From contig JAQGDQ010000095.1 of assembly GCA_030141605.1 (NCBI GenBank), positions 124,001 to 188,000 of the forward strand: a DNA stretch of 64,000 nt, in the 5' to 3' direction. The first letter of the stretch is position 1, and each line of letters starts with the position of its first letter. The position numbers and the translations under genes are program-made. Source of the stretch: Tubiluchus corallicola (Eukaryota > Animalia > Priapulida). The notes beneath the pieces were generated by a model. The model worked only from the letters and a program-made list of their open reading frames with translations. It ran no database searches and had not been told where the DNA came from. This document shows, in pieces, positions 39,805-52,300 of the stretch.

Positions 39805-42800
39805 AGCGAAATTAATATATAGACTAGCAAAGGCCCTGCAAAACATTTTGTGCATAAATACACTTATAATCAATAATACGCGAACATCCATGATCCTACA
39901 TAGTCCTTATTTATAACACAAAGCCAGTAGCTGCTTTTACTGAATTAAGGTTATAAGGTTATACGCAGAGTATAATGGATGACGTCCGAACAATGGCTTT
40001 GCGTCAGCAGTTTTCCAAGCGAAAATTGCCAAAAATGGAACATCTAATTAACTCGTTGTCACTCCTCTTGGTGGATGTGTCCTAAAATATAGCCCACATC
40101 ATCGTGTAGCCCTGTTTTTCCTCTTTCTAAAAAGCCATATATATCCTTCCAAGAGTCACACTAAACGCCACTAGAACGTTTTTTCTATAGGCCGTTTGAT
40201 CAAAATTTCGAAAAAATTGGGAGTTGGGTCCTGAAAAACGCCCGTTACAAGATGCACAGGCCCTCTAGCAAATTCTAAACACACCTACTACACCCACCAC
40301 TGAACCATTACTGACGCTGCTCCCAGCACGTTCCCGTTCTCTACAAATTAGAGGTATAAGTTTTGCAGTTTTTTACAAAAAACGCCTGAAAATGGCCATT
40401 TTTGGAGGTTTTTCGCTCCCCGTTCGTCCTGGTGGGCCCGATTCGAAAAATAAACCCCCAATGACATGACACTAGATCGAGACCCCTTGTTTGATATATA
40501 GATTGCTGCAAATCGTGCCGCCGTCTAAGCTGTAGCCTTGAATCTTATATATATATATATATACATATATACCAGCAAAACTAATATATACGATGACACG
40601 GTACATTACTGTATGGTATATGGTATTACTGTGAAATCATAAATTTTTTAACCTGTGTAATTCACTTGGAATGGTACGTCGCAAAAATATCATTTCACAA
40701 ACCAGGCTTTAAAGGGTAATTCGTAAAAACTTAGCTGTTTTGAGGTTTACAGTAAATAGTAGTATGTTATCAGCAAGGCTAATCAGTTTAGTCATTCAAG
40801 CTTAAATCTTTTGACCAGAAAATTATTAAGTGATATGCAAGACTTACCTCCATGCACACATCGGTTAACAAGTCAAGGGTTTTACTAGAGTTGTTTAACA
40901 AATGCATATGGTGTTCAAGTGCACATAAGAGTCTCATATATTCCCCTAGCATTTCTTTCTGGCTGAACAACAAATTAAATTAACTTTACTTAAAAATGAT
41001 GTAGCTCTATAATAGCATACCATATTTCAACTGCTGTCAAAAGGTAAAAGGAAGTGTAGAGATAAAGCGCGTAATACAGAAAGAAAGAGATGGATGGAGG
41101 AAAACGGATGAAAAGAGGAGGAAAGACTGGAAAAGAGCAATATTACTTTGTTGATGGTAACAACAGTAATGTTGACGTTACAGAAGACTATGTGCAGTAC
41201 GTATTAACAACTTGAATAAATAAGATTATATTGTACTGGACAAGCTTGTAGAATATTAAAAACTATCAGCTGTGCAGCAACATCTGTTAGCATTATCAAC
41301 AGGCCTGCATATCTACAACTGAAGATATAACTGGATTACCAAAATTACATTTTGAAGAGCAGTTACATCAAATTGCTTCAGCTAGAGTTAGTTTGCCATA
41401 GATTTATTTTTTCAAAGTTGCAATACAAGCTAGGATTACATCAGCAGTGTTTGATGCGACATCATGTAAGTCATTGTAGCTTACCTGTAAGTATATTCTG
41501 AGTCGTCATAATAGTAGTGAACTGTATGTCGGTCTTCCTGTTCATCTTGATCTGAAGCTTCGTCATCACTTTCTGCCTGTTTTTCTTCAGGGTGATCTTC
41601 AAAGCCACCTACAGCAAGCTTGCTATCGCTCTCTATACCCCCGACATCACTTTTCTTTCTCCGAAGCCGGTTCGATTCTTCCAATGTTAGTTGAAAATTG
41701 TCTACAAGCACGGCCACAAACAGACTAAAACATAAACACTGCCATTTTTATGCTTAGAAAAGTACATAAAATTGTTGCAGATATTTTTTTGTTCATCAGG
41801 ATGGCTGGCTCTGTAAGACTTAATGTTGAAAATGAAATAACTTTATTTTTGTGAAGCTTAGTGTTTTTTAGAGTGGCAGCTCGTGTGTAGGTATTGCAGC
41901 ACCCCCTGTTTTCACTCATTACTATCGATAATATTCAATATAAGTCTTTTTTCTTTTTTTTATACTTTTGCGGAACCAGAGCACAATTTGTGGGAAAGTA
42001 CAACTTGCTTCACAACCAAAGGTACATGGTGTTTGGCTGTTATGCGCATGCGGCTAAGCGCGCACGTCTGAGATAACATGCTGTACCCTAGTGTCTGGTG
42101 CTAGATAGAAAAAGTATTGTCTCTAACACAGTAACAATTGCCACGTGCATACTGTCTACCATCATATTCTTGGATGTGATAAAGTGTAAACTTAGCGTGT
42201 GTGTTTAAAACATAAATTATTTAATAATGTACGCCTTGCATCCCCAAAAAATAAGTTCTGTGACTGTAAGTGAACAATAACAGCTTAATTTTTCACAGTT
42301 GTCTCTCCATGAGAAAGCTTCAGTTAAGAAAAGAGGCCGTTCAACACCTGGTCTTCAAATATAACTACAACATTATGTTACGTTTTATACACTATTAAAA
42401 CAAAGGCTAAAAATTTTCTGAAGCAGCACCCCCACTAATTTTAGCTACGAGCCGGCAATGGTTTTTTATATTTTTGTAAATAATGACTCATCCCCACCAT
42501 TATCCAGGTTTATGCTGTTAGGTTACGGAATACCTAAAAATCAAAATTCACCAATTTAGTTAAGCTTAGACGAAATGAGGTGAAAGAACAGCGGCAGCTA
42601 GAAAACGGGAAATGCGGGAGATAGAAGAGTCTTTAGAATGGAGCGAAAAAAATTGTTTCATTCTTGTGCATTTGTGGGGGTGATAAAGGCAAAAACTGAT
42701 TATTTAAACTTTTTTCTGAATACGTTCTCTTCTTTTTATGGTTTACAGTCATTACTCAGCTGCTCTCACAAATTTTCCACCAAATTTTTATAAATAGTTT

Positions 42801-45800
42801 AAAAGGTATGACTAGATTTGAGTTGATGAGGAAGGCAAATTTTGGATTTGGTATTACTAGTCATGTAGTTACAAATTACAAGACAACAATTATATGAAAC
42901 TTGAAAGTTAAACAGGCCAACGAAAAGTTGACTTATAATGCAGTTCGATATAGCTGTTAGCTTATTGTTGTAATAAGACAACAAATGCTGTGCCAACAAA
43001 AAGAAGAAGCTACTGAAACGCAATGCTCACAAAAATGAAACCTAAAATGTATGCGCTTTAAATAAAATGCAATGTGTATACTTACTTCAGAAAGACGAAA
43101 TATTCTACAATTATGTACAATATCAAGAAGAGAAAGATATGCCAAGCACCTGAAAGATACAGAATAACGATTGTACTAAAAGATTTAACAGAAAACTTGT
43201 GTGACTGCAATTCAGTATTGCATTCATAGACGATTATAAATACCTAACCTAATTCATTGGACCAAATTCAACTTACAATTACATAATGGATTTGTGATAA
43301 ATTAATGGTAATAACCCTTGTCTTTGTCAACTGCATCACTGTAAATGTAGAACCAGTCGTCAAGAGTCAATAGTTGAAACAAAGTGAATGCAGCTATTCC
43401 GACATTTCCAAATCGGTCTGGGTCTAACTTACGGTACAAACCTGTACCTATTACGGCAAACATATCTGAGAAACAGTTAGAGAATAATGTTCTTATGGAA
43501 TACATACATACATAACTCGAATGATAAGTTAATCATTAAGCAACAGAATTAAAGCACACATTAATCCAAGCTAGTAGCAAGATGCTAACTACAGAGAATA
43601 ATTACTGTTACTAGAAATTCTCATCTGTGGATGATCATTTTTTAAACAGAGACACAAAATTAAAATTGCCAAGGTCAACAAAACAATTTTTTATTTTGCT
43701 ACTAAAAGATACAGATAAAAAGTGTCATAAGACCAACTATTGCCCCCATTGATTGCATTGACTGCAGGCAGGTATTCATAATCACTTGTAGGTTACTCAG
43801 AAATCTGCAAAAAGAAATTGTTTTCCTAGGATTAATTACCGAGCCAAATTTTTTTTAGCAAATGGAATAAAAATTCTTTTAAAAATCCTTGATTTTTAAA
43901 TCCAGCCCTAAATCTTCATTATGTTGTTGTTTGTGGTGGTGTTTTTGTTTTTGTCACATTTATCTTTGAAAGCTATCACAAGCCACAGTTTCCTTTGTAG
44001 GAGGATGAAATTTTTGTATGAAGATATTACCGACTATTTTGTAGACTGCAGTGGAGCTTGATTTAGCACACTCTCAATATGCCCCTTAAATGGATCTACT
44101 TTCAAGACTTTTATAAAAAAAACGGATCCATGGAAATAGTATAAACGCTTCTCGTGATTTTCCAAGAAAACTTTACAAGAAATGACTGATGAGCAAACAG
44201 GTTATGCCAGATCCAAGTGTGTCATTTTTAATTATATTCCATACCTGACCAGTTCAGCTGTTCATACCTGATTGTTCTGAGTACTCGAAGAGCACGTAAC
44301 GCTCTGACAGAGCGAAAGATTCGCAGCAGTCTGAATATAGCTGCACCACTGAAACCGCCTTTGCCTACGAGAAATGGTAGCATGAAGTCAAATACGTTAA
44401 CAAGAACAATTGTGAAATCTGTAACACAAAAAAATTTAAGACATAAAAATTTCAGAAAGCTAAATTACTACAATTGAATGGTCGACGACTGGTCATACGT
44501 GTGTGCACTTATAGCTACCAAAGTTGTTCCCAACTTATAGCCAGCAATGATGAGTTTGTTCCCGACTCAATATTGAGTAAAGCCGGGTTCAATACTTGTT
44601 TTGGGCCTTCGCAAGTACCACACCGCCATTTGCTATTTTACTTCATGAGGAATATGATTTACACATTCGAACATGGCTAGCTAAGACACCACTACCAGTT
44701 TAGTATCTTGTGATATTATCTTAAAGCTAGAACATTCTTGATAACGAAAAAAGTGTGCCCAACCAACACAACCATTTACACTGAATAGGACTGTCACTGT
44801 AGACCCTGCCATTGAGTGCAAGATCCTAATTTACAAAGTGACAATCCCTTTTGAACCTGTTTGTGTATGAACAGCAAAATGGGTTCTAATCCACTATGCA
44901 TTCCATAAGAATCGCTGACCGATATCAACACCGTTTCAACCAAACTGTAAACTTTAGATAAAAACAAGTCTGTTTTTGTTGTTACTGTTGTTGAATGCAA
45001 GTGAGCGTCAATAAGCATAGTTTTCCAAATAATTATTATACAACAGTTATTTACCTAATATATTCCAGCCATCTCGAAAATAAATTCTTTCCCACACAAA
45101 TATTTTGATTACAGCTTCCATAACATATATTCCCAGAAAGACAGAATCAACGCATTGAAAGTACCACCCTAAAAATAATAGAATTCGCTTTAAAAATTGA
45201 TCCTTTGAAGAAAACATAGACTACTCATTCTAAGGAAGTTTTACTGATTATATAATAAAAGTACAAAATAATATACAGCAGACACCCTGTCCTACAATCG
45301 ACTCTGAGGTTGGAAAAGGGCCACAAGGCCTCTTCAGAATTTATCTCATTGGATAGAAGAGTCATGGTCAAGTTAGGAAATAGAGAAAGGATGGCACTGA
45401 TCCTTAACCACACATGGCCCATGCTCATAAAAACAAACTTTACAAATAAGATAAAGAAGTCTAAAGCTGCACATTGGTATTAACTTACAAATAAGCTACA
45501 ACTAGAGTATTTTTAATTAAGCCTAATTTAAATACTGCGTATATTATAATTAAAGAACTACAGGAAATGCACACCAGCTCGAATAGCTATGGCTTCGAAT
45601 GTTTGTGCTATCAACATAGCAGTGTTCAGCAAAATAACAAGAAGAATGAACCCAGAAAAAAATTTAGAGTCTACGTATTGATGCATAAGCAAATGGAAAG
45701 GTCCAGCTTTTGACAACAGTTCCCTTACTGCCTTCTGAACCTGCTGTTGTTCTATTGCTTGTTCAGTCATCCTATAAGCTGACTGGTCAAGTTTCCCAAA

Positions 45801-46749
45801 CTTTACACGAGCTTTGTGAGCAATCTCATGAATTTCTAAGATTTCTTTTGCATTGTGAGTGTCTGTAAAGTTTGAAGCCTTCCTGTCAAACACCATGTTG
45901 CTCATATTTGGACTGGACGCCCTCATACTCAGTGCAGACAACGTGCTTTCACGATGAATACGTCTGATTGACTGGCGGCGTATGTGCTCCAGAAACTCAT
46001 CATGGGGAGATGTTAAACCACTGTCATCCACTGAAATGTCACAAGACTAATTTTACAATACATTTACTACCACTTAAATCACATATACGTTGATTGCTTG
46101 AAGTGCACTTACTTTTGTGCAAAGTGCAGTTGCCTCTGGTATAATATAATGCTATAATGTGAATTGCAATTATACATTTAACCTGCATATTTTATAATTT
46201 TATTTACCAGTCACACAAATTTCATCAGGGTCTGAATACATAAAATGCAGCCCAACATATATTTTTTGCCACCGTCATGGCAAATATAACATTAATGCTT
46301 TACACCGTGAAATTTTATTTCATGACTAAAACAATTTTTATGAGACAGGTTTATATGTCTCATATATTATATTATATAACGCTTTAATTACAGTGAAAAG
46401 GAGAGAGACAGACAGAAGACAGGAAGAGAGCAAAAGAGAGTGGCAAGAAGTTTTTAGGTTTTCAGTGCTTAGTTACACAACTTCTCCACAGAAATGATTT
46501 CTGCAGTTTTACCGAGCATCATACAACAATATTTTTGTAGAAGTAGTCAGCTCCACTACTGAATCAGCCATTTGCTTTACAAATGGGACAAGTCAGCCCA
46601 TAATCTCAGCGGAGCTTATTATCCTTGCCGAGCGCGTGCGACTCCATTAAAAAGTCAACAATAGCCATTCAATAGTATATTGAAGGAGCGTTAGCTCTAA
46701 ATAGAAACATGACAATTATGATACCAGTGCTTTCACTTGGGTTCCTCAT
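36987..46749 (-). CDS. CATSPER1: Cation channel sperm-associated protein 1 (CatSper1-like 6TM pore subunit), 10 coding exons
   Basis: S1 LNTAMLIAQTFEAIAIRAG-WYFQCVDSVFLGIYVMEA, DGWNILDF, S4 FRLLRIFRSVRALRALRVLR, pore DPDRFGN..FTLFQLLTLDDW, S6 YIIVEYFVFLNLFVAVLVDNFQ, coiled coil QKEMLGEYMRLLCALE, C-terminus EAGDGF*. These best match the CatSper1 paralog as I recall it (LNTVMLVAQTF..WYF, LTLDDW, FEAGEEDF). Exons: 46725-46749 (start uncertain), 45575-46030, 45055-45168, 44268-44418, 43713-43804, 43316-43465, 43086-43149, 41485-41724, 40848-40962, 36987-37004. Confidence 0.9.
37259..38434. mobile_element. Non-autonomous hAT element
   Basis: Ends CAGGGCCAGCT..GCCTAAGGTGCCAAA / GCCTAGGACGTCAAA..GTCCTG; TSD GCAACATA / GCAACATG. 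Confidence 0.7.
38674..39823 (-). mobile_element. Non-autonomous Helitron, copy A
   Basis: On the minus strand: 5' TC at 39823-39822, a (TA)n tract near the 5' end, a hairpin GCAAAA-n4-TTTTGC (38687-38702) 9 nt before the terminal CTAG (38674-38677), then T. Confidence 0.8.
39824..40593 (-). mobile_element. Non-autonomous Helitron, copy B (head-to-tail with copy A)
   Basis: On the minus strand: A|TC at 40594/40593, a (TA)n tract, about 400 bp similar to the 5' part of copy A (e.g. GGTGGGCCCGATTCGAAAAATAAACCCCCA in both), a hairpin GCAAAACATTTTG and CTAG at 39824-39827. Confidence 0.8.
41871..42460. mobile_element. Non-autonomous hAT-type MITE
   Basis: TIRs GAGTGGCAGCTCGT / ACGAGCCGGCAATG; GCAGCACCCCC subterminal motif near both ends; 8-bp TSD GTTTTTTA on both sides. 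Confidence 0.7.
43466..43712 (-). other. Probable U12-type (minor spliceosome) GT-AG intron in the CatSper1 S5 segment
   Basis: 5' splice site GTATCTTTT (consensus RTATCCTTT). Branch-site-like TTCTCTAAC (43476-43484) ends 10 nt before the 3' junction, with only a short pyrimidine tract. Splicing here gives in-frame LFIY-MFAVIG. Confidence 0.65.
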
Positions 46750-47703
46750 CTTATTGAAACCTGCAACACACCACCTAAAAAATATAGAGAGTATAAAAAA
46801 ATATTGATAAAGAAATTTTTGCACAGCAAGTGGTTTTACAAATAAAGAACTTGGTCAATTCGCAACCATCAATTGTTGCGTTAAAGCAAGCATAAAATGA
46901 AACCTAGAGATTACTTTATTTAACATCGGTTTGGAATACAAAAGAACATTAGTCTGTAAAGGCTACTGTCCGACATAAATACAATAATCCTAGTAAGGCT
47001 AATATCCAGAATAAAAGTTTAGCACCTAATTAAAATACCTAAAATTATGTAGCCTAAGCCCTAAGGATTAAAGAATATGTGATTAAAACAGAAGGATATG
47101 AAAAAGTTCATTTAGAAGATTAAGAAGGAAACAACTAGAAAATACAAAACCCAACACCCTGAAAACAACATATTTAGGAGATGAGAGGTGGTAAGGTAAG
47201 GAAAACAAGGTAAGGTGAGCTAAGAATTCCTGAAATGAAAGGAGGCAAGACAAGATGAAATAACAAGAACAACCAGACTTTAGCATTACAATGTTTTCTG
47301 TACGTTGCATCTGTTTGGCCTCAAAATTGTCAAAGAATATTGTGCTTTATCTGTTTTGGAAGAAACGGTCATGTTTACACCACAGCAACCACCAAATTAA
47401 GACCTTCTGCACCATAGCAACCGCTGGACTTGCGACAGGTCGTGCAATCTATTGTCCAACATTCCGTTTACCGCATACATCACATACTTTTTTAGCAAAA
47501 TGTGCAAGATCCCACATATGAACATTCATGATCCTCTGGTGTTGCGACCTTTCAACCCTAGGTCATTCAATTTGACACTTGACATGCATCTTGTGCCAAG
47601 GTTGCTGCACACCAAAAGTCCATGACCTGAGACAAAAGGTTTTGGCTAATTGTAGAAAATCAAGTCAAATGTGGACGATGCGCTACAGGCGCTGCATGAC
47701 GGC

Positions 47704-48190
47704 AATAATAATAATAATAATAATCTTTTATTTATCTTTTAACACACACAGTTACAATACGATTAATTTAGCAACAAAAATGTGAAGAAAGGGCAGCGAA
47801 AGACCAATTGGTCATCTAGTCAGCTGCCCTTTGGTTAGTGATGAACATTTTTTTAAAGGCGCTATGCTACAGTGTATTAGTGTTAGTACTGCTTATAATA
47901 AAAACTAAATTGTTAGGAATGACATAAAATTGATAATGATATGCTTATAATGTGTTAGTACAATTCATACACAGTAATAATAAGTGCATATAAATAATAG
48001 GTCCCTTGACTCCCCTTACTGACTAAAGTCAGGGGACCTAAAAACCATAAGATATATATATATATCCTTACCTTACCTCGTTTTTATTATCCTTATCCTT
48101 GGACGTATACAACACTAGAAAATTTTAGAATTTTCTTTGAACAGAAAAATTACACAGGCATGCCATTAATGTTTTAAACCCTTGTAATGT
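47704..48190 (-). mobile_element. Probable LINE (L2-like) 3' end
   Basis: The minus strand ends with a GGGCAGC..GCTGCCC stem-loop (47791-47830), then AATAAA and an (ATT)n tail. A second hairpin GGTCCCTTGACT..AGTCAGGGGACC lies at about 48000-48038. Confidence 0.4.
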
Positions 48191-48495
48191 TATCTTAATC
48201 AGTTATTTAACAATCAACTGATTATTAAATTACAGGTAGCCACATCAATAAAACAAGTTTCAATATAAAAGCATAAAATATCACTTTCATTTCTAGTAGT
48301 ACGCTTAAACTGTAATAAAATATTATCAAATCAAAACCTTAAGAAACGAGAAATAAGTATGTTACAACTTAGTCAACTTAAGAAATTACTTTAATGAGCA
48401 AATTGAAAAACTGATTTGGCTCTCGAAGCTACGTTGATCTAATGTTTCCAGTTATGGATGACTTTCTTAAATAAAACCTTTCTTCATGAAGTTAT

Positions 48496-48556
48496 TAACA
48501 CTAACAGTAACACTAACACTAGTAACACTAAGTAACAGTAACACTAACACTAACAG
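48496..48556. repeat. (TAACAC/TAACAG)n microsatellite
   Basis: Direct tandem hexamer-like units. Confidence 0.8.
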
Positions 48557-49369
48557 ACAACTTAATCATCACTATTCCAAACTCAGACAAATGAAACCGA
48601 ATAAAGTGTTTGTACCAGTATTTTAAATGGTTTACAACAAGCAAGCAAGAAACAGCGCAATCAAGACACGAAGATATGTATACAAAGATTTTAATACAAG
48701 ATAATTATCCTGCAGTTTAACAAGTGCTATGCAGGTATTATGGTAAGCAGACATTTTCTCTCAATAAGTTCTCTGAACATAGTACGCATATGTAGCGCAT
48801 TAATACAGAATTAACAAGATAAACTTAACCTTAAAATTTTGTTTCTTTACACTTTTTTCTAAACGTACAACATTTTGGAATTTTAGTATATAATTTGCTC
48901 ACTGTTTGCAAATTCTCAAAACAAAACAAAATTATTAAAGCGCGGGCGAGCAGCACTACTTTTTAGGAAGCTGCAACTGCTAGCGTATGTGACTGAGTGC
49001 TATGGCATATCTTTGAAGTGGCGCCGACACCGGCTACGAGTTATAGTCAATCAGCGTATACTACAGTATACAGTGACTTCTACTGGTTGGTAGTTGGGGC
49101 CGAATGGTGTGGTTGCAGCGAAATGCCGAACAAAGGCGGTGCTGCCGAAAGAAAGAAGATATTAAACTGATTAATAGTTAAAGTTGTGGCGGTGGTAGTA
49201 AAACTATGCTACTGGTAGTGATAACCATTGATTGTCTGTTTTGATAGTCAATGATTGGTGATTGGCCATAAATGCTTTCTACCAACTGCAAAGACGATCA
49301 AGAACTTCTCGTCTACATACAATTCTAGTCAACGCCAAAAGAAATATCACAAGATAGAACAGCGTGAAA

Positions 49370-52300
49370 ATGATTTTAATTATGCTGACGGGTAGGTTTT
49401 GTTGCTTCACTGGTCTTTTTTGGGACATAGTTTAGTGTTTGGTACAATATTATTTAGGAAAATCTTCCTGATTGCTTTGCTAGTATAGAATACAATTTCA
49501 TTTCATGTTACATGTATGTTACTGTGTTATAGACTTATCTCACTACGTCACAAACATGCTGAAAATAACCAAAACCAACAATCTTGTGTTTATTAAATTT
49601 TGTTTAATTTCCTGTATTATCAATTAATTTTCTGAATAGGTATTATTGAAGCAGAATAGGGAGAATACGTCGTGCAACTAAAACTGGTTAAATCTATTGT
49701 TGGTATAGCTGTTGTTGACCTTATCAGTCAAATGCAACATCGTTAACTCATTCTTGTGCAAGTTTAGCTTTAATGAGTAAATTACTATCTTGCTTTCTTG
49801 CCCTAGGAAGTTCTTTTCTGACTTACCTATCTGGTTTGCCAGGTGGTTGGATGTATGTAGGGTGGTAGAGCATGAAAACTGAAAGTGTCTGAATTCCATC
49901 TGGGGAGCATCATAGTCATATATACAGTACTGCAAATCGCAACTTTTTGTAGCTAAACGCTTCACTTGAAAACTAAATTAAAGTTAAAATTATGCAATAT
50001 TGTACAGTATAAACAATTCGCTGCTTTTCACAAGTCCCTTTCACCAATAGTATGTACTGTAGGTATGTAACTACTAACTATGCATCTAGGTTTTTATAAT
50101 TATAATCATATAGCTACTTTACAAGCTATAAGCAGTTTAAAATTAACAATTTGTTGGTGCATATGACAAAGTACATTATATTCCACCAAATTTTTAACTA
50201 GGTGCAAATATAGTAATAATAAGGCATTACGAAGTATGAACTTTTATTTTTTACCTCTTAGACTTAACACTTAATATATTCAAATGAATTTGTAAATGTA
50301 TGTTCGCATTACTTTGCTAACACATCTTTTCAGCTGTTGTAACACCTATTTGGGCACTGGGAGAGAAAAATTACTCTGTGGCATCAACTTTTGTTAAGGC
50401 AAAAGTACATGTTATTGGAGAACATAAGCATAATTTCTCTGCTTTATTTTTTAAAAGTTTTTTCAAAACTTGCATATAAGTAAATTTTGCATTGGTATAT
50501 AAATTTCAAGATGTATTTGCACTGGAGGGTAAAAGTTATTAATTAAACTCAGCAGCAAGTTGCTGTTCTTAAAAATGGGTAATTTTGAAGTGTAAAAAAT
50601 GTGTAGCCCCATCACTTTGTATTCGCAATACTTACAAACACTCAGGAGAGCGTAGGTCAAAATCCTACTTTTGTATCATTAAATTTTTAAACACTCATAT
50701 TTTTATAATTACTGTTAAAGTTTTGAGCAACTAGTGTAGAGGCAACATGATAGCATTGTATTATTTCTAATTAGATAGCAAAATTTCATGAATGCACTGA
50801 ATCGCTTTGATTTTTGAAGCCTTCAAGTAACCTTATGCTACCTAAAATTTGCAATGTTTGTTGGTTTTTAAATGTAAGCATTAGTTGTTAATCTTTCTAG
50901 ATTTGAAATAAAATTCATTTATTTACAATTGTATATTTTTGATTTTTTTATGTAGGTCTAGTTGTTACCACAGTAGCACAAGGATCATTTCGCTTCATTG
51001 TCAACCCAAAAGACACTGATGTTGTCGAGGGTAAGGCAGTCCAAATGAACTGTCAAGTTCAGGAAATGGAACATGTTGTTGTCACTTGGCAGTTTAATGG
51101 AATTGACATGGAAAATATTACACGAAGACATCAGGATGGGCAAAATCTTGTCATAACTAGAGCTCTGCAGAGTGACTCTGGTCTATACCAGTGTGTAGCA
51201 ACAAATGTGAACACTGGATATACTCAAGCTAGTGAAAAGGGCAGACTTAATGTAATATGTAAGTATTACATTGTTTCTCAGAATCATTACATATTGAATT
51301 TTTGTTTTTCTGGCTTCAAAATATGTTAAGCACGTGTTTGTACATAAGTCATCGTCATTTAGACAGCATTTATAAATATAAATTAGTGCTAGCATTTATA
51401 AGTCAAATTGTAAATTTAAAATTGTACCAGAATGTACCAGAAATCATAACTGTGCAGCTGAGTAATTGTGGCCTGTGTTTCATAATCATCATCTAAATTT
51501 ATAAGCCAGTGCTTAATTTGCCAGAATTTGCATTTATTTGTAGCCAATAATAATCAGTGTTACACTGTACCTACTTCTATGAGATCTAAATTACAAGGTT
51601 AATGCACTGAAAATTGGCGTTTTATTCCGTGGCTTTGTATAAATTAGGTATTTAATTTTCTTGTACTCCAAGCATTTAAAAAACTACTTGTCGTGAGTTA
51701 CCTTTTCCATGTATATCCATCTGCGTTTAGTAATGACAAACAAGAAGACAAAGCCAAATAAATCTGCTTAATGCACTGGCACAAAGATTAATGATTTCCG
51801 GTTTGCTGCCTGCTTGATCAATACATATAGCGCTGCGTTGATGATACATTTGTCAAATATAGCTTGAACTCACTCAATGTAAGGCCTTGTATGCTTTTAA
51901 CGTTGTATAGGTTTTAGGTTAAATGTTTAATCGCGAACTATACGATTCTCAGTGCAGGGGCGAGGGCGACTTTTCAAGTTTGTTAAATAAATGTACAGTA
52001 ACCAAAACAGGCTTGTATGTAACTCTTTGTAATTATAGTAGTTTAAGAAGTATATATTGACATGACAACGACGGAAAATTTCTAAATGCTTTACGAAGTT
52101 CAGAATGGATGCCAATTGTGCCATCATACCTGAGTGATCTTTGTAGATAAAAACAGATCAACAGTTTACCCATTGTTCTACAAACAATTGGTATTAAATT
52201 CAAGATCATTGTTACGACACACTTTTTTGAAGGTAGGCAACATGACAGCGTCCGTCAGTGCTCAGCAGGGACGTTATGCCTTTAACACATTGCTCGTGCC

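Noticed and set aside
38699-39916. ORFs of 71-114 aa (His/Thr-rich, IYIYIY)
   Set aside because: They lie within the Helitron copies; products of CAC-rich low complexity and (TA)n tracts.
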